Below, one piece after another: positions 1 to 9,430 of a stretch of DNA of 53,366 nucleotides. Source of the stretch: a virus. Lineage: Duplodnaviria; Caudoviricetes. The stretch is from positions 1 to 53,366 of the IMG/VR virus record IMGVR_UViG_3300017747_004654; one strand, given 5' to 3'. Both the position numbers and the translations under genes were made by a program. The notes beneath the pieces are model-generated. The model saw only the letters and a program-made list of their open reading frames with translations. It was not told the origin of the DNA and did not search any database. Numbering within the stretch: position 1 is the stretch's first letter; each line of letters opens with the position of its first letter.

Positions 1-22
1 AAGAGATAAAATTATGGTAGCT

Positions 23-56
23 GTGGCACCCTTAAAAAAGGTGCTACTTTTATTTT
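23..56 (+). terminator. Rho-independent terminator
   Basis: GTGGCACC/GGTGCTAC stem followed by a T-rich tract. Confidence 0.7.
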
Positions 57-85
57 GGTTTATTAAATAAAAAATTATATATTAT
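54..85 (+). promoter_or_regulatory. Host-type (Bacteroidota-like) early/middle promoter
   Basis: TTTG-N20-TATATTAT, 20 nt upstream of ATG 106. Confidence 0.6.
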
Positions 86-105
86 ATTATATAAACTATT
101 AATTT

Positions 106-744
106 ATGACATGTATAGTAGGTTATCTATATAGAGATACTGTTTATCTTGGAGGAGACAGTGCAGGAACGGATGATAGCTTTTCTCAACAAATAAGAAA
201 AGATCCTAAAGTATTTAGTAATGGTCCTTTTATATTTGGTTTTACTTCTAGTTTTAGAATGGGACAATTATTAATGTCTTCAAAATTTCAACCATGGGAA
301 CAAAACCCAAACCAATCAGATTATGATTATATGGTAACAGATTTTATAGATAGTATTAGAAAACTATTTAAAAAAGGAGGATATTTACAAAAAAATTCTG
401 AAGGAGATGAAATTGGAGGAACATTTTTAGTTGGATATAAAGGAGTATTATATTATGTTGAAGATGATTTCCAAATTGGAATAATTGAAACTCCTTATCT
501 ATCAATAGGATGTGGATGTGATCTAGCATTAGGTTCAATGTATACTAGTGTTGAAACATTAGGAGGAGAACAACAAATCAGAAAACACCATATAAATGAT
601 ATTTTAACCAAAGCATTAGAAGCATCATCTAAATTTAGTGCAGGATGTAAACCCCCATTTAATTTTGTATCAATGAGTAAACACCACTCAGAAGAAATAG
701 CTAAAAATTTAAAACCTAAACCCATCCCACTTAAAAAGAAATAA
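106..744 (+). CDS. HslV/proteasome-beta-like Ntn protease
   Basis: N-terminal MTCIVG (Thr2 nucleophile), GGDS, downstream Lys (DPKVF), SIGCG motif. Confidence 0.7.
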   Translation: MTCIVGYLYRDTVYLGGDSAGTDDSFSQQIRKDPKVFSNGPFIFGFTSSFRMGQLLMSSKFQPWEQNPNQSDYDYMVTDFIDSIRKLFKKGGYLQKNSEGDEIGGTFLVGYKGVLYYVEDDFQIGIIETPYLSIGCGCDLALGSMYTSVETLGGEQQIRKHHINDILTKALEASSKFSAGCKPPFNFVSMSKHHSEEIAKNLKPKPIPLKKK

Positions 745-745
745 A

Positions 746-1288
746 ATGAAAGAATATAAAAAGAAAATTGTAATTGTAGGAAGTGGAGTGGCTGGAATAA
801 ATGCTGCTACCAAACTAGTAGATAACGGTTATCCTGGTGAACTGATAACAATAATAGATAAGGGAAACGATCCTCATAATCGTTTACCTGAAGAAGTAAT
901 GATAGGTATGTTAGGAGCTGGAGGTTGGAGTGATGGTAAATTAACATACCACACTGCTATCGGTGGTGTATTATCAAAATACTGTGGTGAGGAAAAAGCA
1001 ATGGAATTGATGGATCAAGTCATTAACAATTTCAGACGTTTCCACCCTAAACCAGAAGAAATATTTTGTTCCAACCCAGTAGAAGAACCTGATTTTATTA
1101 AACCATATTTTGGATTACGTTTATTTCCAGTATGGCACATAGGAAGTAATTATCTTTCTCTTATAGCAGTTGCTTGGTATCAATATTTATTATCGAAAGG
1201 AGTTAACTTCATTTGGAATACTGAAGTTACAGACATAAATTTTGAAACTAATGAAATCGAATATAAACCCGTTAAAACTAAAAAATAA
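746..1288 (+). CDS. FAD-dependent oxidoreductase, N-terminal fragment of a split gene
   Basis: Rossmann IVIVGSGVAG, GAGGWSDGKL and HIGS motifs; the protein ends mid-fold. Confidence 0.8.
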   Translation: MKEYKKKIVIVGSGVAGINAATKLVDNGYPGELITIIDKGNDPHNRLPEEVMIGMLGAGGWSDGKLTYHTAIGGVLSKYCGEEKAMELMDQVINNFRRFHPKPEEIFCSNPVEEPDFIKPYFGLRLFPVWHIGSNYLSLIAVAWYQYLLSKGVNFIWNTEVTDINFETNEIEYKPVKTKK

Positions 1289-1922
1289 AGCTTTTATATA
1301 TTATTTAGAAAAAGATAATAGTATATTTTATATAGGTAAAACAAAAAATATAAGATCTAGAGAAGCTGATTGGAAACGTGAATATGGAGATGATACTCAA
1401 TTTCATGTTATAGATGAAGTTAAGATTGAAGAATGGAAACAGTGGGAATGTTATTGGATTGAGCAATTTAAACAATGGGGATTTAATCTAATTAATCAAA
1501 ATAAAGGTGGAGGTGGACCTAATAAACATTCTGATGAAACTATTGAAAAAATTAGATCTAAAAAAATAGGTGTAAAACAAAATAGAACTAAAATTAGAAA
1601 AGATAAAGGATTAAAACATTTACAATCTGGTATAAAAATTGGTCGTCCTGAAGGATTTCATTATAGTGAAGAATTAAAACTTCATTTAAGTAATATGAAA
1701 AAAGGAAAATCAAATTACACAATAGAAGGTAAACGTAAATTAACAAATAAAGAATTATATATCTTTATTAATATAAATATTAATGAAGAATTTGAAGGTA
1801 TTAGATATGATTTTCAAAAGAAATATAATTTAAGATATAAAGGAATATATAATTTAGTCACAAATAAAGCAAAAACATATAAAGGATGGAAAATAAAGAA
1901 ATTAAAAGGATGCAAAGATTAG
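1251..1922 (+). mobile_element. Free-standing GIY-YIG homing endonuclease with NUMOD3-like repeats
   Basis: FIY...YIGKT..R, catalytic-type Glu (WECYWI), N..KGG, HSDETIEKIR and HYSEELKLHLS repeats; in-frame ATG at 1251 (TTG at 1242). Confidence 0.8.
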
Positions 1923-2362
1923 CAGGAATAATTACAGAAGATAAAGAATTTAAAAAGGGTCCTCTTGTATATCATTCAACTGATCTACAAAATGCTTCAA
2001 ATATATTAAAAAGTGGTGAAATTAAAACTTATGAAAATATATTGAAATCAACAAATCAAAATCCTGAAGATTGGTATGAAGATCCTAATTATGGTAAATT
2101 TGTATATGTTTCTGATTTCCCACATGATAATAATAATTTTTATGGATTAGGTGATTTAGATGTTACTTTTGTAATTGATAGTAATAAAATAAAACATAAA
2201 ATGACCCAAGCTGATAAAAGTTATGAAGGTGGAACAATATCAGTAAATGGTAACATACCATTAAATGCTGTTGAAAAAGTTATTTTACATAAAGAAGATA
2301 ATAATATAATTAAATTATTGAATGATAAAAAATTAAATTTGAAATTAAAAAATAACCAATGA
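1886..2362 (+). CDS. ADP-ribosyltransferase-fold protein with an N-terminal scaffold-like tag
   Basis: LVYHST..NIL.SG, VYVS, IPLNAVEKV; N-terminus RMQRLAGIITE. Confidence 0.6.
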   Translation: MENKEIKRMQRLAGIITEDKEFKKGPLVYHSTDLQNASNILKSGEIKTYENILKSTNQNPEDWYEDPNYGKFVYVSDFPHDNNNFYGLGDLDVTFVIDSNKIKHKMTQADKSYEGGTISVNGNIPLNAVEKVILHKEDNNIIKLLNDKKLNLKLKNNQ

Positions 2363-2736
2363 AAAAATCAGAATTACAACAAATTATTAAAGAAGAAATT
2401 AATAATATTTTAAAAGAAAATCTATCTCAAGATATTATTACCTTTCTTGAAACTAATGGATTCATTAAGATAAGAAATAGAGAAGAATATCTAAAAGTTA
2501 TTCCTATCTTAACCCAAGCTGGATATTCATTGGTTGGTTATAAATTTCCAATAAAAATAACCCCTTTTGATGTTGGTTATGGGCAAAGAAGACAACCTAG
2601 AAAAAATAGTATATATTTAACTCGAAATACTATTGACCCCAAATATGATAAAAAAAAGTGGTTATGGATAGCTGATGTTTTAGATAAAAATAACATTGAT
2701 GATAGATTTCCTATTGGAAAACCTTACGCTTTATAA
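2359..2736 (+). CDS. Hypothetical protein with a putative capsid-targeting leader
   Basis: MKKSELQQIIKEEINNILKE leader; ATGA overlap with the upstream gene. Confidence 0.6.
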   Translation: MKKSELQQIIKEEINNILKENLSQDIITFLETNGFIKIRNREEYLKVIPILTQAGYSLVGYKFPIKITPFDVGYGQRRQPRKNSIYLTRNTIDPKYDKKKWLWIADVLDKNNIDDRFPIGKPYAL

Positions 2737-2764
2737 ATTTTAAAATATAAAAATTGGATAAAAC

Positions 2765-3547
2765 ATGAGAAAAATTAAATTTGACACTTGCATAGTAGGC
2801 ACAGGTAAAGCAGGAATAGACTTTTCAGCTAAATTAGCTCAAAAATATAATTTACCTACCGAGCAAAAGTCGGTCCAAATAGGCTGTAGATTTGAAAGCC
2901 CACAAAAATACTTCCAAAAATTAATTGATATTAGCTATGATTTCAAATTATATCAAAAACCAAATGATAAAGTATCTTTACGTTCATTTTGTACAAATAA
3001 CAATGCAGCTTATGTGGCTGTTGAGAACACTTATGGGGATATAAGTTATAATGGACATGCTAAAAAAGGTGAAGAATTTAGAAATGATATGACCAACTTT
3101 GGTATTCTAATGGAAATTAAAGGCATTGAAAATCCATTTGAATGGTCACGTGACTTAGTAAATAAATTACAAATTAGACCTAATAATACAGGTCTATATT
3201 ATTCACCTAATGGTACCCGCACTCCATCAAATACATCTGAAGGAACACTTATTAATACAGCCCAAATTGATGAAATTGGATTAAGAGATGTAGATAACGC
3301 ATTTCAGGGATATTGGTTTTATATTAAACAATTTATTGACAAAATGAACGAAGTATTTGAATTTGGTGATGATTGGGGAATCTATATACCTGAGGTAAAA
3401 TATGCCGCACCAGAACCTTTAACAAATCATTCTGATTTATCTTTAGTAGAATATTCTAATGTTCATTTCGTCGGAGATGCATTATCAGCAAGAGGTATAA
3501 CTGTTAGTGGTGCCCAAGCCATTTATGTAGCTGAATCGCTTTTATAG
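2765..3547 (+). CDS. FAD-dependent oxidoreductase, C-terminal fragment of a split gene
   Basis: FDTCIVGTGKAG, IGCRFE, RSFCTN, YNGH, TNFGIL, PEVKY, FVGDA..RGI motifs continue the fold begun at 746. Confidence 0.8.
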   Translation: MRKIKFDTCIVGTGKAGIDFSAKLAQKYNLPTEQKSVQIGCRFESPQKYFQKLIDISYDFKLYQKPNDKVSLRSFCTNNNAAYVAVENTYGDISYNGHAKKGEEFRNDMTNFGILMEIKGIENPFEWSRDLVNKLQIRPNNTGLYYSPNGTRTPSNTSEGTLINTAQIDEIGLRDVDNAFQGYWFYIKQFIDKMNEVFEFGDDWGIYIPEVKYAAPEPLTNHSDLSLVEYSNVHFVGDALSARGITVSGAQAIYVAESLL

Positions 3548-3555
3548 AATGTGCC

Positions 3556-3564
3556 ATATGTATA
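3556..3564 (+). promoter_or_regulatory. Late-type upstream motif variant (ATATGTATA)
   Basis: One mismatch to ATATTTATA, upstream of ATG 3588. Confidence 0.5.
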
Positions 3565-3587
3565 ATAAAATTATACTTATTTAAATA

Positions 3588-4259
3588 ATGGACTTAAGAA
3601 AATACATTCGTGAAATGGTAGAATCAGAGCTTGCAGAGATGGCTCGTATTTCTACAAACATCAAAATTGGTGATTCTGAAAAATTTGAAGCAGCAAAAGA
3701 ACTATATGCTGGAAGATGGTATGCTGATCTTCTTGATTTTGTTGAAGAAGCAGGAGAAGTAGGTATCCCACAACCTGAACTAGCTAGAATGTTAGGAAAA
3801 TCAGGAATGCAAGCTATTAATCCAATAGTTAGAGACTTTGTAGAAGCAGGTATTCTTACTAAAGGTGATTTATCAATGGCTAAAAAAGAAAAATCTGAAC
3901 CTAGTGGAATTAAAGGTCGTCCTACATCAGAAAAAACATTAATGGCTAAAGCCGTTAATTCAAAACTTGAAGCAGACGCTAACTACGAACCGACAGAAGA
4001 AGAAATGGCAATGTTAGGTCCTGAATTTGTTGAAAAACTTAAAATGCGTGTTAAAGGATTACTAAGACGTGGTCGTCCGGTAGCAGCTTCTAAAGCAAAA
4101 GATGGTATGATGGCTGCTATGAAAAATGTAGGAAATGAAGATGTAGATGGTGATGGTGATGTTGATGATGAGGATTTAGATATTGAAGATATCCAAGAAT
4201 CAGATACACTTAATGAATCATTTATCAGAATGCAAAAAATCGCTGGTATCATTAAATAA
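3588..4259 (+). CDS. Putative internal head DNA-binding protein (wHTH plus AT-hook-like motifs)
   Basis: QPELARMLGKS...IVRDFVEAGIL wHTH-like segment; KGRP and RRGRP; C-terminal RMQKIAGIIK matches the scaffold tail. Confidence 0.55.
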   Translation: MDLRKYIREMVESELAEMARISTNIKIGDSEKFEAAKELYAGRWYADLLDFVEEAGEVGIPQPELARMLGKSGMQAINPIVRDFVEAGILTKGDLSMAKKEKSEPSGIKGRPTSEKTLMAKAVNSKLEADANYEPTEEEMAMLGPEFVEKLKMRVKGLLRRGRPVAASKAKDGMMAAMKNVGNEDVDGDGDVDDEDLDIEDIQESDTLNESFIRMQKIAGIIK

Positions 4260-4282
4260 ATTTTATTAACTTAATTTAAATT

Positions 4283-4312
4283 GAGGGCTTGGATTACCAA
4301 GTCCTCTTTTTT
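4283..4312 (+). terminator. Rho-independent terminator
   Basis: GAGGGCTTGG-atta-CCAAGTCCTC plus T6. Confidence 0.85.
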
Positions 4313-4319
4313 ATATTCA
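4288..4319 (+). promoter_or_regulatory. Host-type promoter embedded in the terminator
   Basis: CTTG-N20-TATATTCA. Confidence 0.6.
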
Positions 4320-4337
4320 AATAAAAATAAAAGTTAT

Positions 4338-4565
4338 ATGAGCAATAAAAAAACAGATATTAAGCGTATTAAATCTCCAGATGGGATTATTCGTTGTATT
4401 AAAGATGGAAAACTTCACAATACTGATGGTCCAGCAGTAATTTATCCTGATGGTAAAGAAGAGTACCATCTAAATGGTTTTCAATATTCTAAAGATGAAT
4501 ATAAAAAACGTAAAAAAGAAGGTGAAGGTTTACCATGGTTTAAAAAAAGAGGAGAAAGATTTTAG
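4338..4565 (+). CDS. Small protein with an LHxxDGPA (MORN-like) repeat
   Basis: GKLHNTDGPAVIYPDGKEEY; start moved from TTG 4281 (upstream of the terminator) to in-frame ATG 4338. Confidence 0.6.
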   Translation: MSNKKTDIKRIKSPDGIIRCIKDGKLHNTDGPAVIYPDGKEEYHLNGFQYSKDEYKKRKKEGEGLPWFKKRGERF

Positions 4566-4628
4566 AAGGAGGGGAGACCACCTTTATATAAAATAGATAA
4601 TCAAAGAAAAAATAAATACTAGAAAATT

Positions 4629-5159
4629 ATGCGCATAGGATTCACAGGAACAGTATCAGTTGGTAAAACTACTTTAGTTAATTCATTAAAAGAATTACAT
4701 GAATTTAAACACTATAATTTTGCTACAGAACGTAGTAAATATTTACGTGATTTAGGAATACCTTTAAATACTGATAGTACTTTAAAAGGTCAAACTATAT
4801 TTTTAGCTGAGCGTTGTTCTGAATTAATAAGAGAAAATACTATTACTGATAGAACAGTAATTGATGTTATGGCATTTACCAAATGTGCTAAATCAATTAA
4901 TGATTATAATAAAAAATCATTTATTGAATATGCTTCTCCATTTATTTGGGATTATGATTATATATTTTATGTTTCTCCTATTGGTATTAAGATTGAAGAT
5001 AATGGAGTTAGAGAAACTAATGCTGAATATCGTGATTTAATTGATTTTACTATTAAAAATATTATTAATAGTAATCTTCATAATATTAAAAATTTTGGTA
5101 TTATCTCTGGTACTACTGAAGAAAGAATTAAACAAATTAAATTTTACTTAGGTTTTTAA
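4629..5159 (+). CDS. P-loop nucleotide kinase/ATPase (AAA_28, NadR/dNMP-kinase-like)
   Basis: GTVSVGKTT Walker A, ITDR..D, EDNGVR. Confidence 0.7.
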   Translation: MRIGFTGTVSVGKTTLVNSLKELHEFKHYNFATERSKYLRDLGIPLNTDSTLKGQTIFLAERCSELIRENTITDRTVIDVMAFTKCAKSINDYNKKSFIEYASPFIWDYDYIFYVSPIGIKIEDNGVRETNAEYRDLIDFTIKNIINSNLHNIKNFGIISGTTEERIKQIKFYLGF

Positions 5160-5167
5160 TATTTATA
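5159..5167 (+). promoter_or_regulatory. Late-type motif ATATTTATA
   Basis: Exact motif 17 nt upstream of ATG 5185. Confidence 0.65.
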
Positions 5168-5184
5168 TTAAAACAATATATTAA

Positions 5185-5823
5185 ATGAAAAATATTAAAA
5201 ATCAAATCAAAGAAATAATTCGTGAAGAATTAAATAAAATTAAAGAAAATATGTCTTCAAAATGGGATTCTTTATCCCATGAACAACGAGAAGATTTAAT
5301 TTCTACAGTTATTAAAGACCCAGATGACTATTTAAAATATATTGGATGGAAATGGGCTGAATTACCTGATGAAATAACTAATTTATTAGATACTATTCAA
5401 GATAATGAATTAAATGAAAATGAAATGGATTTTAATAAAGGAGATATTGTTAAAATAGATCCATTTTTAGACACAGATCCTTATAGCAAACGAGGTGAAG
5501 AAGGAATAATTTCTGATTTTGATGATGAAATAGCAACTATAAAGTTTGATGATGGTATAACTGGAAAATACCAATGGGGAACTTTTAGTAAAGTAGATAT
5601 AGAAGAAGCTGGAACATATGCTGGTAATAAATCTATTGATGACCTCAAAAAAGATTCAGACTATAACACATTGAATCCCCAAACCAAAACAGATGTTGAA
5701 AAAAAATTAAAAACTGGAGGAAGTATCACAATTGGAGAAAATAATTCTTCAAAAACATCATTTACAGGTCGTCCAATAACAGAATCTTTAAATGATAGAT
5801 TTAAAAGATTATTAAATTCTTAA
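5185..5823 (+). CDS. Putative internal head protein with an SH3/KOW-like domain
   Basis: Leader QIKEIIREELNKIKE; FNKGDIVKI...GII..FDDG; C-terminal ESLNDRFKRLL. Confidence 0.5.
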   Translation: MKNIKNQIKEIIREELNKIKENMSSKWDSLSHEQREDLISTVIKDPDDYLKYIGWKWAELPDEITNLLDTIQDNELNENEMDFNKGDIVKIDPFLDTDPYSKRGEEGIISDFDDEIATIKFDDGITGKYQWGTFSKVDIEEAGTYAGNKSIDDLKKDSDYNTLNPQTKTDVEKKLKTGGSITIGENNSSKTSFTGRPITESLNDRFKRLLNS

Positions 5824-5847
5824 AATTACTTTTTAATTTATTTAATT

Positions 5848-5873
5848 AAGCACCTTATTAGGTGCTTTTTTTT
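5848..5873 (+). terminator. Rho-independent terminator
   Basis: AAGCACCT-tatt-AGGTGCTT plus T run. Confidence 0.85.
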
Positions 5874-5912
5874 ATTTTTCATATATGTATATACGTAATT
5901 ATATACTAATAT

Positions 5913-7487
5913 ATGTCTGAAAAAGTAGACTTTAAACAAATAATAAGAGAAGAATATGTTAAATGTATTAAAGATCCTTCTCATTTTATGAACAAATATT
6001 GTTATGTACAACATCCCCAAAGAGGTAGAGTTTTATTTAATTTATATCCTTTTCAATCTAAAGTATTAAATCTTTGGCAACATAATCAATATAATATTGT
6101 ATTAAAATCAAGACAGTTAGGTATATCAACATTAGCCGCTGGTTATTCACTTTGGTTAATGTTATTTCATAAAGATAAAAACATATTATGTGTTGCTACT
6201 AAATCCGAAACAGCAAAAAATATGGTAACTAAAGTTCGATTTATGTTTGAACAATTACCAACATGGCTTAAAATAGGTGTAGAAGAAAATAATAGATTAT
6301 CTTTAAGATTATCGAATGGTTCACAAATAAAAGCAGTTTCTGCAGCTAGTGATGCAGGTAGATCTGAAGCAGTATCACTATTAATAGTAGATGAAGCAGC
6401 ATTTATAGACAATATTGAGGATATATACACAAGTATCAAACCCACAATTTCAGCTGGAGGAGGTTGTTTAATTTTAAGTTCTCCTAATGGTGTTGGTAAT
6501 TGGTTTCATCAAACATGGGCTAGATCTGAAGCAGATAATAATGACTTTTTACCCATTAAATTACCATGGTATGTTCATCCTGAAAGAAATAAAGAATGGT
6601 TTGAAAAAGAAACCAACAACATGTCACCAAAATTAGTTGCTCAAGAATATGAATGTGACTTCATATCATCAGGAGATACTGTATTCTCTCCAGAACATAT
6701 TGAATTTTATGAAAAAACATATCTAAAAGAACCAATTGAACGTAGAGGAGTAGATAAAAATTTATGGATTTGGGAATCTGTTGATTATAATAAAAATTAT
6801 ATGGTTATAGCAGACGTAGCTAGAGGTGATGGAAAAGATTATTCTGCTTTTCATATAATGGATATACAAAACAATATTCAAGTTGGAGAATATAAAGGAC
6901 AACTAAATACTACAGATTTTGGACATTTATTAGTGGGTATAGCCTCAGAATATAATGAAGCATTACTTGTAGTAGAAAATGCTAGTATAGGGTGGGCAAC
7001 AATACAAACTATATTAGATAGAGGATATAAAAATTTCTATTATTCTCCTAAAAGTGAAGCAATGAATTTAGAATCATATTTGGATAAATATGATAACCCT
7101 AATAATTTTGTTCCTGGATTTACTATGTCTTTAAAAACTAGACCTATGGTAATATCTAAAATGACTGAATATTTTTCTGAAAAAAGTGTTATTATTCAAA
7201 GTAAACGTTTATTAGAAGAAATGAAAACTTTTATTTGGAAAAATGGAAGATCTGAAGCTCAACAAGGATATAATGATGATTTAATAATGAGTTTTGGAGT
7301 AGGATTATATGTTAGAGATACTGCTCTTAGATTTAAACAACAAAACTTAGATTTAACTCGTGCAGCTTTAGACAGCTTTAAAACTACTAAAACATCATAT
7401 AATGGAGTTTATAGTCCTTCAAAATCTGATAACCCATATAAATTTGATGTTAATGGAAATAATGAAGATTTAAGGTGGCTTTTTTAA
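5913..7487 (+). CDS. terL: Terminase large subunit (T4 gp17-like)
   Basis: LYPFQ, KSRQLGIST, LIVDEAAF, SSPNG, QEYEC.F, ADVARG..DYS, NDDL. Confidence 0.95.
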   Translation: MSEKVDFKQIIREEYVKCIKDPSHFMNKYCYVQHPQRGRVLFNLYPFQSKVLNLWQHNQYNIVLKSRQLGISTLAAGYSLWLMLFHKDKNILCVATKSETAKNMVTKVRFMFEQLPTWLKIGVEENNRLSLRLSNGSQIKAVSAASDAGRSEAVSLLIVDEAAFIDNIEDIYTSIKPTISAGGGCLILSSPNGVGNWFHQTWARSEADNNDFLPIKLPWYVHPERNKEWFEKETNNMSPKLVAQEYECDFISSGDTVFSPEHIEFYEKTYLKEPIERRGVDKNLWIWESVDYNKNYMVIADVARGDGKDYSAFHIMDIQNNIQVGEYKGQLNTTDFGHLLVGIASEYNEALLVVENASIGWATIQTILDRGYKNFYYSPKSEAMNLESYLDKYDNPNNFVPGFTMSLKTRPMVISKMTEYFSEKSVIIQSKRLLEEMKTFIWKNGRSEAQQGYNDDLIMSFGVGLYVRDTALRFKQQNLDLTRAALDSFKTTKTSYNGVYSPSKSDNPYKFDVNGNNEDLRWLF

Positions 7488-7523
7488 TATTTATTAATAT
7501 ATTATAAATCACAATATTTTAAA

Positions 7524-9398
7524 ATGGCAGATAAAAGTTTATTCTCAAGATTAAGAAGATTATTTTCTACAGATGTTGTTATACGCAACATTGGTGGTAA
7601 TGAATTAAAAGTTATTGATACCAACCAAATCCAACAATCTGGAGATATTTTAACCAATTCATTATATGATAGATATAGTAGATTATATGTAACTGGAAAT
7701 TCCCCAGTTTATAATCCTGCTATGAATTATCCATTAATGAGAACCCAATTATATAATGACTATGAAGCTATGGATACCGATGCTATATGTGCTTCAGCAT
7801 TAGATATATTATCAGATGAAAGTACTTTAAAAAATGATATGGGTGAAATGCTCCAAATAAAAAGTACAGATGAAAATATTCAAAAAATACTATATAATTT
7901 ATTTTATGATATATTAAATGTAGAATTTAATCTTTGGTCATGGGTTAGAAATATGTGTAAATATGGTGATTTCTTTTTAAAACTAGAAATTGCTGAAGGA
8001 TTGGGGGTATATAATGTTATCCCTTATACAGCATATAATATAGCAAGAGAAGAAGGATATGACCCAAAATCAATGAGTTCAGTTAGATTTAGATTTGATC
8101 CAAATGGTATTGGGTCTGAAACTCAAAATAGTTTTGGATTATTAACGGCAAAATCAGATGTAGGTGTATATTTTGATAATTATGAAATAGCTCATTTTAG
8201 ATTATTAGCAGATGTAAATTACTTACCATATGGACGTTCTTACCTAGAACCAGGAAGAAAGCTCTTTAAACAATTAACTATGATGGAAGATGCTATGTTA
8301 GTTCATCGTATAGTTAGAGCTCCTGAAAAACGAGTATTTTATATGAATGTAGGTGGGATTCCTCCAAATGAAGTAGATGCATTTATGGAAAAAACAATTT
8401 CCAAAATGAAACGCACCCCTTATATAGATCCAAATACTGGTCAATACAATATGAAATTTAACCTTCAAAACATGATGGAAGATTTTTACATCCCAGTAAG
8501 AGGAAATGATTCCTCTACTAAAATAGATGTTACTAAAGGATTAGATTATGACGGAATCACAGACGTTACTTATTTAAGAGATAAATTATTTGCTGCACTT
8601 AAAATACCTAAAGCTTTTTTAGGATATGATGATAAATTGCAAGGTAAAGCTACATTAGCTGCTGAAGATATAAGATTTGCTCGTACCATAGAACGTATTC
8701 AAAAGATTATTTTATCTGAGTTATATAAAATAGCATTAATACATTTATATTCTCAAGGATATAAAGATGAAAATTTAGTTAATTTTGAACTATCATTAAC
8801 TACTCCTTCTATAATTTATGAACAAGAAAGAATAGCATTAATGAAAGAAAAAGTTGAATTAGCTAAAAATATGCTTGAAGCTAACTTACTACCCTCAGAT
8901 TTTATATATGATTATATATTCCAATTTAGTCAAGACCAATATGATGAATATAGGGATTTAATAGTTTATGATAAAAAACGTAATTTTAGATATAAACAAA
9001 TTGAAGATGAAGGTAATGATCCATTAGAAAGTGGTGCATCATATGGAACTCCTCATGATTTAGCAACATTATATGGTCAAGGTAGATATCAATCTAATTC
9101 TAAAGATGTACCTTTGGGATATAATGAAGATACACCACTAGGAAGACCTAAAAAGAAAGTATCTAAAATAAATACTCAAGAAGATCCTTTAGGAAGAGAT
9201 AGATTAGGTAGAAAAGACATGAAAGTAGATGATCAACCTGGTATAGATAAAAGTGTAAAAGAAATTTCAACCGATAATACTAAAACAGAATATTTAAAAA
9301 ATAAAACATTGTTAGAAAATTTATCTAATAAAAAAATATTTACTAAAAATGATAAAAACAAAGAATCACTTTTAGATGAAGATCAATTAATTGATTAA
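7524..9398 (+). CDS. Portal protein (T4 gp20-like)
   Basis: PYGRSYLE, MEDAMLVHRIVRAPEKRVFY, EDF..PVRG, LFAALKIP, EDIRFARTI. Confidence 0.93.
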   Translation: MADKSLFSRLRRLFSTDVVIRNIGGNELKVIDTNQIQQSGDILTNSLYDRYSRLYVTGNSPVYNPAMNYPLMRTQLYNDYEAMDTDAICASALDILSDESTLKNDMGEMLQIKSTDENIQKILYNLFYDILNVEFNLWSWVRNMCKYGDFFLKLEIAEGLGVYNVIPYTAYNIAREEGYDPKSMSSVRFRFDPNGIGSETQNSFGLLTAKSDVGVYFDNYEIAHFRLLADVNYLPYGRSYLEPGRKLFKQLTMMEDAMLVHRIVRAPEKRVFYMNVGGIPPNEVDAFMEKTISKMKRTPYIDPNTGQYNMKFNLQNMMEDFYIPVRGNDSSTKIDVTKGLDYDGITDVTYLRDKLFAALKIPKAFLGYDDKLQGKATLAAEDIRFARTIERIQKIILSELYKIALIHLYSQGYKDENLVNFELSLTTPSIIYEQERIALMKEKVELAKNMLEANLLPSDFIYDYIFQFSQDQYDEYRDLIVYDKKRNFRYKQIEDEGNDPLESGASYGTPHDLATLYGQGRYQSNSKDVPLGYNEDTPLGRPKKKVSKINTQEDPLGRDRLGRKDMKVDDQPGIDKSVKEISTDNTKTEYLKNKTLLENLSNKKIFTKNDKNKESLLDEDQLID

Positions 9399-9408
9399 AA
9401 ATTTACAT

Positions 9409-9417
9409 ATATTTATA
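9409..9417 (+). promoter_or_regulatory. Late-type motif ATATTTATA
   Basis: Exact motif 13 nt upstream of ATG 9431. Confidence 0.65.
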
Positions 9418-9430
9418 AAAAATACATTTG

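Noticed and set aside
1288-2765. Group I intron or intein in the oxidoreductase
   Set aside because: The interval is filled by ORFs, with no visible ribozyme core or intein Cys/His-Asn ends, and the second half has its own ATG
4281-4337. TTG start given for ORF 4281-4565
   Set aside because: The extension runs through the terminator/promoter; ATG 4338 is the plausible start
4565-4585. Purine-rich AGGAGG and a weak GAGA hairpin after ORF 4338
   Set aside because: About 55 nt from the next start so not a ribosome-binding site, and the stem is too weak to call
5913-5970. Terminase N-terminus DFKQIIREEY resembles the cargo leader
   Set aside because: It runs into the E..KC..DP..F motif typical of gp17-like terminases, so the resemblance is probably coincidental; not counted as a tag
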